32,619 bases of DNA from a virus. The stretch lies in IMG/VR virus record IMGVR_UViG_3300020477_000009; one strand, written 5' to 3'. Position numbers and translations under genes: made by a program. Positions within the stretch are counted from its first letter, which is position 1. Each line of letters opens with the position of its first letter. Positions 23,933 to 30,459 of this stretch are shown here, piece after piece. The notes beneath the pieces are model-generated. The model was given only the letters and a program-made list of their open reading frames with translations, searched no databases and had not been told where the DNA came from.

Positions 23933-26066
23933 TCTTAGCTTTCTTTTTTGTAGTCTGTTGGGGGCTACTTATACTTATGAAGCCAATAAAAATCTATTTG
24001 ATTTAACGGGAGAATCAGGAACTACCAGCTTAAATTCTGGTGACGACAGCTTATCTTCTGCTTTTAATTTAGATTTTACTTTTGGTTTTTATGGAGAATC
24101 TTTTACTTCGGCTAGAATGGCCACGAATGGCTGTCTTCATTTTGGTTTGGGTACAGGAAGCATAAACTACAATAATTATTGTGGTGATTACACCCCAGAT
24201 CCACTTCCCCACACCACTTATACTTTATATCCCTTTTATACTGATTTAATAAGAGATAGTGATTCTAAAATGTTAGCTAAAAACTTCACAGATAAGGCAG
24301 TTTTTGGTTGGTATAACTTACGGGAATACAATCGTAGTGGTTCTGATAATAGTTTTGAGGTAGTTCTTTGGACTAATGATACTTATGAATTTAGATATGG
24401 AGAATTAGATATTATTAAGCATGATGTGTTAATTGGGGAACAGGGTAATTCTACAGAAAATTATACTTATGTTTATTTTGATGAATGTAGCACAGGAACT
24501 ACCAATTCGAGTAATTGCGTCAGTTATGATTGGAACTCAAGTAGTAATTCTTATAATACAGCACTAGAGGATGGAGGTTCTCTTGCCAATAACGAAGCGT
24601 GTTTAAATGATCCATTAAGCCATACTACTTGCCCCACTTATAACGATGCGCTGTTTGATTATGAGTGTGAAAGAGATTCCCAACATTCTCCGTCTTGCCC
24701 TGGATATAGCTTTCAAGATTCTGTAGCTTATTTTGATTCGTCAGATATTGATTATGGCTATGAAGAAGATTATTACTTAGAAGAATTATACTTAGCTGGT
24801 AGTTGTATGGACGATCCTTCTTATTGCTACGATGATCCTTATTATGGCATGGAATTTACCGATGCCGAATGGTACGAAATAGACTTAAATGAGTTTGGTC
24901 AAGAGCAAGTAGATGATTGGTACGGAACAGAAGTAGAATTTAATAACGAAGGGTACATGGAATGGGAATCTTCCCCGTTAGAGAGTTGGGAAGAGTTAGA
25001 TTATCAAATGGATTTATACGATAATTTTAATGAATTAAGTTATCATGGTGAACAACATATTGAAGTTTTTGGTGCAGAAGAACTAATAGATTTATATACT
25101 TTTGATACCATAATTAGAGAAGGATTAATTAATGAAGAAGAGAACTATACCGATATTGCAACGCTTGAAGAACTGGATGAATGGTTTGAAGAAGAAATGC
25201 AAGAACATTTTTCCGAAGAAGAAATGGTATCCCACGAAGAGGAATTTGAAGAAGATCCCCAGGAAGAACACCAAGAGGAGATATTCGAAGAAGAAGCCGT
25301 TGAAGAGATCTACGAAGAAATAGAAGAAAGAGTAGCCGAAGAAGAGATTGAAAGAGAAGAAGTAGAGGAAAAAAAGGGTGGAATTACCTCTCAGCAATTA
25401 AATGTGGTTGCTCAGACTATATTAGTTGCCAACAATAGTGTTAATAAAGGATCTTTTTCTAACACTTCTAACTTATCCTCGCAAAGTTCCGAGCAGTCCG
25501 ATAACACGAAGAAATCAACCAGTAGTAATATTAGTGGAATATCTACTAGTAGTTCTCCTAGTATTTCCGATCAAATACAAGCAGCCCAATTTCAAACTAA
25601 TACAGTTTTATCTATGAATGATACGGGGGCAGCAAGTGGCGTAAACAACCCATTAACCACCCTGCCTGGGGTAAGTACCAATTTGAGTGTTTCGGATGCT
25701 GGTGTGAAGGATATACAGGTTAAAATTGATGCTGCTGTATCTGGTACGAGTAATACTTCCGAAGCAGATACTATAGCTAATCAAATTATTGCTCAAAATA
25801 TAAAAGACCAACAAGAAGAACAACAATCCCTCCAAGAAGAAACGGGCAAATACGGGGATGAAACTTCTTTAATTGCTTATTTAGATTATGTGCCTGGTTT
25901 TGATGCTTACAGGAATGTTAGCATCCCTAAAGCCGATACCTGGTACGAATCAAAGACCATCTATGAAGATGTAAAAATAAAAGATAATGTTGAGGTTTTT
26001 TATTCTTTAGCATCAACAAGTTTCAATAAGTTGGATGAAATGCTAAAATCAGAACCCAGGTTATAA
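23907..26066 (+). CDS. Large secreted modular acidic protein (719 aa, GTG start)
   Basis: Modules in order: (1) hydrophobic leader LKNFAIASLSFLFCSLLGA; (2) an N-terminal domain with an NIDO-like pattern (FNLDFTFGFYGESFTSARMATNGCLHFG...LYPFYTDL...FGWYNLREY...NSFEVVLWTNDTYEFRYG); (3) a Cys/Tyr/Asp-rich part (CPTYNDA..C..D..HSPSCPGYS); (4) a Glu-rich block of about 80 aa (~nt 25135-25375); (5) a Ser-rich block (~25450-25570); (6) a C-terminal globular part. Confidence 0.75.
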   Translation: MLKNFAIASLSFLFCSLLGATYTYEANKNLFDLTGESGTTSLNSGDDSLSSAFNLDFTFGFYGESFTSARMATNGCLHFGLGTGSINYNNYCGDYTPDPLPHTTYTLYPFYTDLIRDSDSKMLAKNFTDKAVFGWYNLREYNRSGSDNSFEVVLWTNDTYEFRYGELDIIKHDVLIGEQGNSTENYTYVYFDECSTGTTNSSNCVSYDWNSSSNSYNTALEDGGSLANNEACLNDPLSHTTCPTYNDALFDYECERDSQHSPSCPGYSFQDSVAYFDSSDIDYGYEEDYYLEELYLAGSCMDDPSYCYDDPYYGMEFTDAEWYEIDLNEFGQEQVDDWYGTEVEFNNEGYMEWESSPLESWEELDYQMDLYDNFNELSYHGEQHIEVFGAEELIDLYTFDTIIREGLINEEENYTDIATLEELDEWFEEEMQEHFSEEEMVSHEEEFEEDPQEEHQEEIFEEEAVEEIYEEIEERVAEEEIEREEVEEKKGGITSQQLNVVAQTILVANNSVNKGSFSNTSNLSSQSSEQSDNTKKSTSSNISGISTSSSPSISDQIQAAQFQTNTVLSMNDTGAASGVNNPLTTLPGVSTNLSVSDAGVKDIQVKIDAAVSGTSNTSEADTIANQIIAQNIKDQQEEQQSLQEETGKYGDETSLIAYLDYVPGFDAYRNVSIPKADTWYESKTIYEDVKIKDNVEVFYSLASTSFNKLDEMLKSEPRL

Positions 26067-26068
26067 CT

Positions 26069-26434
26069 ATGGAATGGTTTGAAAACAAAACAACCCAAAT
26101 AATAGCTTTAGTGACTATCTTAGGAACTCTCGCTGGTTTTGGTTATCAAGCAAGTACTTATGTTAATAGACTGGAAAACCTGGAAAGCGCAATAAGTTCT
26201 GTTGGAGAAACAGAAAATGCTCAAAATATCATAGAAGAAAGATTTGCTGGTATAGAAACATCCGTAGATTATATTAATAAATCCATAGATGAAGGTATAG
26301 ATGTTTCGTTAAAATCTCATGCAGAGTCCATCAATTTATTAAGGTCCCAACTAGAGGGGTTATCCGTAGCAGTAAAAAATTTAGAGAAAGACGTTGAGAA
26401 ATTGGATAGTAATTCTAATCCATTGGCAAATTAA
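26069..26434 (+). CDS. N-terminally anchored coiled-coil membrane protein (121 aa); i-spanin-like topology
   Basis: TM segment IIALVTILGTLAGFGYQA near the N-terminus, followed by heptad-like sequence (NRLENLESAISS...LRSQLEGLSVAVKNLEKDVEKL). It lies immediately upstream of the holin. Confidence 0.65.
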   Translation: MEWFENKTTQIIALVTILGTLAGFGYQASTYVNRLENLESAISSVGETENAQNIIEERFAGIETSVDYINKSIDEGIDVSLKSHAESINLLRSQLEGLSVAVKNLEKDVEKLDSNSNPLAN

Positions 26435-26437
26435 TAT

Positions 26438-26914
26438 ATGAAGTTTAAATTGGTAAAAAATCTCGTTGGTAGTTTAGCACCCACCATAGGAAGTGCATTA
26501 GGTGGTCCGATTGGGGGAATGGCTGCTAATTTAGTGGCAGAGGTATTGGGGTGTGATCCCGAACCAAAAAAGATTGAACAGGCAATAAGTAATGCCACAC
26601 CAGAACAGCTTTTGCAATTAAAGAAAGCTGAGAAGGAATTTGAAGCAAAGATGAAAGAAATGGATGTTGATATATTTGCCCTGGAAACGGCAGACATTCA
26701 AGATGCTAGAAAAACTTTCTCAGGCGATTGGACGCCAAAACTTTTAGGTACTATCACTTTGTTTGGTTTTTTTGGTTATATATTTATGATTTCAATTTAT
26801 CCATTACCCGATGCAAGCGATGATATTGTTATGCTAATTATTGGTTCTCTAACTGGTATAGCAACAGCAGTTATTAGTTTTTATTTTGGATCTAGCCACA
26901 AAGACACAAAATAG
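26438..26914 (+). CDS. Holin of the 3-TM gene-transfer-agent type (158 aa)
   Basis: The N-terminal Gly-rich amphipathic part, LLQLKKAEKEFEAKMKEMDVDIFALETADIQDARK, and the following hydrophobic helices match my memory of the GTA_holin_3TM family layout. It is adjacent to the lysozyme gene. Confidence 0.7.
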   Translation: MKFKLVKNLVGSLAPTIGSALGGPIGGMAANLVAEVLGCDPEPKKIEQAISNATPEQLLQLKKAEKEFEAKMKEMDVDIFALETADIQDARKTFSGDWTPKLLGTITLFGFFGYIFMISIYPLPDASDDIVMLIIGSLTGIATAVISFYFGSSHKDTK

Positions 26915-26981
26915 CATGACAGAAGCCATACTTTTTTTTTAATTTTAATTTTAATGATTATATTTATAGTGAGGAAATGAA

Positions 26982-27092
26982 ATGGATATATTTATTTTTC
27001 TTTTTGGAATGGTGATTGGCATAATTATTTATTCAATCTTTTTTCCTGTCATAGATGAATTTTTTGATTCTGTAAAAGATAAATTCAAATAA
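26982..27092 (+). CDS. Unlisted 36-aa single-TM micro-protein between holin and lysozyme (candidate lysis accessory)
   Basis: My translation: MDIFIFLFGMVIGIIIYSIFFPVIDEFFDSVKDKFK. GAGGA (26971-26975) lies 6 nt upstream of the ATG. The stop is 1 nt before the lysozyme ATG. Confidence 0.5.
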   Translation: MDIFIFLFGMVIGIIIYSIFFPVIDEFFDSVKDKFK

Positions 27093-27093
27093 T

Positions 27094-27537
27094 ATGAAAG
27101 AGGATTTAAAGGATCATCTTATTAAATTTGAAGGTTTAGTAAATAAACCTTATGAATGTACGAGTGGAAAGCTGAGTATAGGGGTGGGGAGAAATTTAGA
27201 AGATAATGGAATTACTACCGATGAAGCACTATTTCTTCTTGATAACGACATAAACAACGTACTCACAGAATTAAAAGCGCAATTCGTTTGGTTTGAATCA
27301 GCACCCGAAAACGCTAAGCTAGTATTATCCGATATGTGTTTTAACCTTGGTTTGCCTACGCTTTTAGCATTTAAAAAAATGTTATTGGCATTTGCAGAAC
27401 AAGATTGGGACGAAGCAGCAAAGCAAATTTTAGATTCAAAATATGCCAAACAAGTTGGTAGAAGGGCAATCTATAATGCTTCGCTGATAGAAGCTATCAT
27501 GGATGATAAATGGGTGAACAAAAGCGAAAGAACATAG
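27094..27537 (+). CDS. Endolysin, T4-type (GH24) lysozyme (147 aa), with no signal or SAR sequence
   Basis: FEGLVNKPYECTSGKLSIGVGRNL fits the catalytic E-8aa-(D/C)-5aa-(T/S) triad of the GH24 lysozyme family. The N-terminus is hydrophilic. Confidence 0.85.
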   Translation: MKEDLKDHLIKFEGLVNKPYECTSGKLSIGVGRNLEDNGITTDEALFLLDNDINNVLTELKAQFVWFESAPENAKLVLSDMCFNLGLPTLLAFKKMLLAFAEQDWDEAAKQILDSKYAKQVGRRAIYNASLIEAIMDDKWVNKSERT

Positions 27538-27959
27538 AAAACCATAACTCTCGCCTGGGTGCTTTGGGTGAATCTTATGTGACTACTGTACTTTTAGAGT
27601 GGTGTGATTTTGTTCTTGTAGCCAACCACACTACACCTTACGATTTAATTTTAGATCACAACAATAGACTTTATAAAGTACAGGTCAAGACAGTTAATCA
27701 ATCAAAGACTAAGAGTGGATTACGTTATCGCTTTCATGCTATAAGACCACAAAGATCTGAACAATATTATAAGTCTAAAAGCGATATTTTTGCTCTAGTG
27801 TTTTATCCAGAAAAGACTTGTTTATTTAGACCGAATACGGGCAATCAACGTCATTATAGTTTTTCTAAAGCACCCACTAAAGAAGAAGAATTTGATTCCT
27901 TACAACAAACCTTACAAGAATTACACAATGCCCCTACATTAAAACCCATAGATGATTAA
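27510..27959 (+). CDS. Small PD-(D/E)XK nuclease (149 aa), of the type annotated as group I intron-associated / Hjc-like endonuclease
   Basis: GALGESYVTTVLLEWCDFVLVANHTTPYDLILDHNNRLYKVQVKT contains the E...D...(Q)xK arrangement. It overlaps the lysozyme gene by 28 nt. Confidence 0.6.
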   Translation: MGEQKRKNIENHNSRLGALGESYVTTVLLEWCDFVLVANHTTPYDLILDHNNRLYKVQVKTVNQSKTKSGLRYRFHAIRPQRSEQYYKSKSDIFALVFYPEKTCLFRPNTGNQRHYSFSKAPTKEEEFDSLQQTLQELHNAPTLKPIDD

Positions 27960-27992
27960 TTGACTTTAACAGATTGGCACTTAGTCTAAATG
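27960..27992 (+). promoter_or_regulatory. Copy 3 (degenerate) of the conserved element: TTGACT-N8-TTGGCACTTAGTCTAAATG
   Basis: It has the same architecture and spacing as copies 1 and 2, and TGGCACTTA is identical. It starts 1 nt after the nuclease stop codon and faces a 244-bp region with no listed + strand ORF. Confidence 0.45.
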
Positions 27993-27998
27993 GTATGG

Positions 27999-28035
27999 GG
28001 GGGCAAGTTTCTCTCCTATAAAACCACTTGCCCCC
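27999..28035. terminator. GC-rich hairpin in the convergent intergenic region (candidate bidirectional terminator or structured RNA)
   Basis: gggggcaagt (27999-28008) pairs perfectly with acttgccccc (28026-28035), with a 17-nt loop. T-rich tract at 28072-28090 on the + strand. No clean U-run directly abuts the stem. Confidence 0.5.
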
Positions 28036-28203
28036 ATCCTTGCGCATTCTAATGTTCTAGCTTTGTATAGTTTTATTTTTTATTCTTCTTAAATCTTCTT
28101 CTTGACCTTGCTTATTTTTGTTGTTATTATTTTCCATACGATTATTTGGGGGCCGAAGATGTAATGTCTTTGGCTTTCCTAATAATCTGCGTTAAACACA
28201 AGA

Positions 28204-28455
28204 CTACCGATAATGTCTATGTCTATACCATAAGTCTTCATTTCTAATTGAACGCAATCCCACACTATATAACCCGTCTTTTTGTTTCATTACAACAGGT
28301 GCGCCACCTATTCTATAGATGTATTGCCTAAGTCCTTCTGCCGTTTGAAAAGTTAAGCCCTCTATTCGGTGATTGATTAATAGATTTTTAGTATAAGTAG
28401 CGTATTTATGTTCTTTTTTTGGCAAACCTTCTTTTATTTTTATTTCTTTAGTCAT
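28204..28455 (-). CDS. Hypothetical protein (83 aa), last gene of the leftward operon
   Basis: The ATG overlaps the upstream stop (ATGACTAA). Same-strand packing. No motif recognised. Confidence 0.6.
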   Translation of the reverse strand: MTKEIKIKEGLPKKEHKYATYTKNLLINHRIEGLTFQTAEGLRQYIYRIGGAPVVMKQKDGLYSVGLRSIRNEDLWYRHRHYR

Positions 28456-29416
28456 AATTCACTTTCCTTATTTTTAAAGTTTTTTGTCTAATACTATAGG
28501 ACTCTTTTGCAGGAATGACTCTCTCTTCCTTCGCTGAAAAATGTCTAGTAGGCCAAGTCACTTCGTATTCGGTCTTATCGTCTTGATAATAACCATATTC
28601 GCTATCTTCAAGCATAGCCATTAGATTAGCTGTAGCTTCCTTCTTGCGCTTCTCCCATTTCTTTAGTTTGTCCGTTGATAGTTCAATTAGATCTATTTCG
28701 TCTTTGGCAGCATCTTTAAGTTTAACTGGCTTAGAGTCTTCATTGGTCTTACCCCATACAGTTAATGCTTCATCAGGACTAATGGGTGGATAATAATCTT
28801 CCTCTTGGATGCGTCTATCAAAGTCTTTTACAAGTTCGTGAATTGATTTTACGATAACTTCGTTGCGATGATAGATGAATATCTTAAAAGTAGTGGATTG
28901 ATACAATACACATAAAACGCCCCATTGTGCGCCTTTTATATCCATTAAACCCTGTAATTGTAAAGGACCTCGCCATTGTGGGGGTTCTTCTTCGGGGAAA
29001 TCCCTAGTGACTTTACATTCCAATACAACTTCACCAGACATTTCAGCTATATTAGAACCCATTATATAAACCCCTTTATCTGGTTCGTGGTTAACTCTTA
29101 ATTTCTCTCCTGCAAAGGCAATAGCATCCATAGAACCTTCTAGGGGAAGTTCAGGGTGTTTAATAGCATAATCAACATCAAAGTCTGGCATCACTAATCC
29201 TATAGTTTTTACAGCGTGATTTAATAAAGTGTTCTCAAGCAAATCTCCCATAAACATCTGAGGGTTTTGTTCTCCCATAACATCCTCCCCATTTTTTGCT
29301 CTTATACACCTAGACAATACCATTGCTCTACTTGAATTTTCATAAGGCGATATGCCGAATATCCCAGGAAGTATCGAGCAGCTTGCCATATCGTTTCTTG
29401 TTTTTTTACCTACCAT
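28448..29416 (-). CDS. YqaJ-type (lambda Exo-like, PD-(D/E)XK) recombination exonuclease with an extra C-terminal region (322 aa from ATG 29416)
   Basis: SILPGIFGISPYENS..., MGDLLEN, GSMDAI and VVLECKVT follow the YqaJ pattern (S.i..ilG.spy.s / G..lE / s.Dg / lEiK). GGAGA lies 5 nt upstream of ATG 29416. The longer track start at 29443 lacks an RBS. Confidence 0.6.
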   Translation of the reverse strand: MVGKKTRNDMASCSILPGIFGISPYENSSRAMVLSRCIRAKNGEDVMGEQNPQMFMGDLLENTLLNHAVKTIGLVMPDFDVDYAIKHPELPLEGSMDAIAFAGEKLRVNHEPDKGVYIMGSNIAEMSGEVVLECKVTRDFPEEEPPQWRGPLQLQGLMDIKGAQWGVLCVLYQSTTFKIFIYHRNEVIVKSIHELVKDFDRRIQEEDYYPPISPDEALTVWGKTNEDSKPVKLKDAAKDEIDLIELSTDKLKKWEKRKKEATANLMAMLEDSEYGYYQDDKTEYEVTWPTRHFSAKEERVIPAKESYSIRQKTLKIRKVNYD

Positions 29417-29594
29417 AATTGTCTCCATAAATTTCTGAACCAATTTCTTCTGTACTAGCAGTTGCTAAGAATGGTTCTTTTCTTAAAGAAGTATAAATAG
29501 CTGTATAACCATTTTTATAGTTATATTTATATATACTGTTAACAGGAATTTTTTTACTTTTCTCTCCTGCAAGAAAAGGTTTTATATATCTCAA
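29406..29594 (-). CDS. Hypothetical protein (62 aa, TTG start)
   Basis: TTG at 29594 is preceded by GGAGA with a 5-nt spacer. Packed within the leftward operon. Confidence 0.5.
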   Translation of the reverse strand: MRYIKPFLAGEKSKKIPVNSIYKYNYKNGYTAIYTSLRKEPFLATASTEEIGSEIYGDNYGR

Positions 29595-29595
29595 A

Positions 29596-29712
29596 TTATT
29601 CTCCTAACTGATATAAGAAAAAAAACAGAAAACTAAACATGAATAAACAATAAGCTAATTGCCATAAATAGTTTTCCAGATCTGGAAATCTTGGTCTTGA
29701 TTTATAAACCAT
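29596..29712 (-). CDS. Possible unlisted 38-aa hydrophobic micro-ORF
   Basis: My translation of the minus strand: MVYKSRPRFPDLENYLWQLAYCLFMFSFLFFFLYQLGE. It fills the 123-bp gap between two leftward genes. No clear RBS. Confidence 0.25.
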   Translation of the reverse strand: MVYKSRPRFPDLENYLWQLAYCLFMFSFLFFFLYQLGE

Positions 29713-29717
29713 CTTTT

Positions 29718-29969
29718 TCATTTTATTTCCCCTTTTTTTAAAACAATTTTCTTGTCATTAAATTCCATACCACAAAACCAACCTTTTTCTTTTGCGAATG
29801 GTTTGCCTTTTTCAACAAGATTAATTAAATAGTTTTTCTTAATTATTTTTTTTATTCTCTTTACAAAACAAACAGGAACAATAAGACCTTCTTCCATTTC
29901 TGAAATAAAATCGTCTATTCCTCTAAATTCTAAGTCAAATAAAATATCTGAATCACTAACTTTTTTCAT
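29718..29969 (-). CDS. Hypothetical protein (83 aa)
   Basis: ORF in the leftward operon. No motif recognised. Confidence 0.55.
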   Translation of the reverse strand: MKKVSDSDILFDLEFRGIDDFISEMEEGLIVPVCFVKRIKKIIKKNYLINLVEKGKPFAKEKGWFCGMEFNDKKIVLKKGEIK

Positions 29970-29994
29970 CTTATTCTCTCCCCAAGAAAGTGGC

Positions 29995-30189
29995 TTATGC
30001 CACTCCCTCTATTTTATTTAACTTTGTTAATAAACCTTCCAAAAAGACTACCCTTTCTTCTGCTTTCCTTTTGTCCTCGAAAGTCCAAGAGTTCCCTCTG
30101 ATTTTCCTATCACACGCTACTCTCCCCTTCATTATGTTAGATTTAACATTCCATTGCAGTTCATTGAGTTCTTTATAACTTAGCTTCAT
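29995..30189 (-). CDS. Hypothetical protein (64 aa), first gene of the leftward operon
   Basis: Strong RBS AGGAGA 7 nt upstream of ATG 30189 on the minus strand. Charged, helical-looking sequence. Preferred over the antisense + ORF at 29990-30178. Confidence 0.6.
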   Translation of the reverse strand: MKLSYKELNELQWNVKSNIMKGRVACDRKIRGNSWTFEDKRKAEERVVFLEGLLTKLNKIEGVA

Positions 30190-30255
30190 TATTTTCTCCT
30201 GTTATTTAGTTGTTATAAACTTGTTATTGCTTATATTATAAAATTTTATAATATT
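30190..30255. promoter_or_regulatory. Divergent early control region with a perfect 22-bp palindrome (30233-30254)
   Basis: atattataaaattttataatat is its own reverse complement. TATAAT lies at 30247-30252 inside it. TTGTTAT occurs twice (30210, 30221). The region sits between the divergent leftward and rightward operons. Confidence 0.6.
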
Positions 30256-30459
30256 ATGCAACAAATGAATATGGAAAAGAAACCTACTAAGTCAGTTCAC
30301 CTTGACGATGCTATTCATACAGAAATGAAAGCGTATGCTCATTTTAGAGGATTGTTATTATATAAAGCAGTAGGTCTTTTACTTCGTAAAGCATTAGATA
30401 CTATAGAGAAAGAAAGCGAGAGTGGGGAAAATGCAAACTTGGATGTTGGGAATAACTAA
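30256..30459 (+). CDS. Ribbon-helix-helix (CopG/Arc-like) regulator candidate (67 aa; start uncertain among ATG 30256, 30265 and 30271)
   Basis: KSVHLDDAIHTEMKAYAHFRGLLLYKAVGLLLRKALD fits a beta-strand, helix, helix RHH layout. It is the first gene next to the palindrome. No SD precedes any of the three ATGs. Confidence 0.5.
   Translation: MQQMNMEKKPTKSVHLDDAIHTEMKAYAHFRGLLLYKAVGLLLRKALDTIEKESESGENANLDVGNN

Noticed and set aside
25125-25397. Two extra ORFs (25132-25323 plus strand, 25125-25397 minus strand) within the poly-Glu coding block
   Set aside because: GAA/GAG-rich repeats are free of stops in several frames. The predicted products are K-rich or F-rich low-complexity strings. Only the 719-aa frame continues on both sides.
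28058-28136. 26-codon minus-strand ORF (MENNNNKNKQGQEEDLRRIKNKTIQS) in the convergent gap
   Set aside because: It has no RBS, is very short, and is a low-complexity product of a purine-rich tract. It is more likely non-coding.
29990-30178. 62-aa plus-strand ORF mirroring the 64-aa minus-strand ORF
   Set aside because: The minus-strand version has a strong AGGAGA RBS, a normal charged composition and fits the leftward operon. The plus-strand product is Ser/Leu/Phe-rich and has no RBS.
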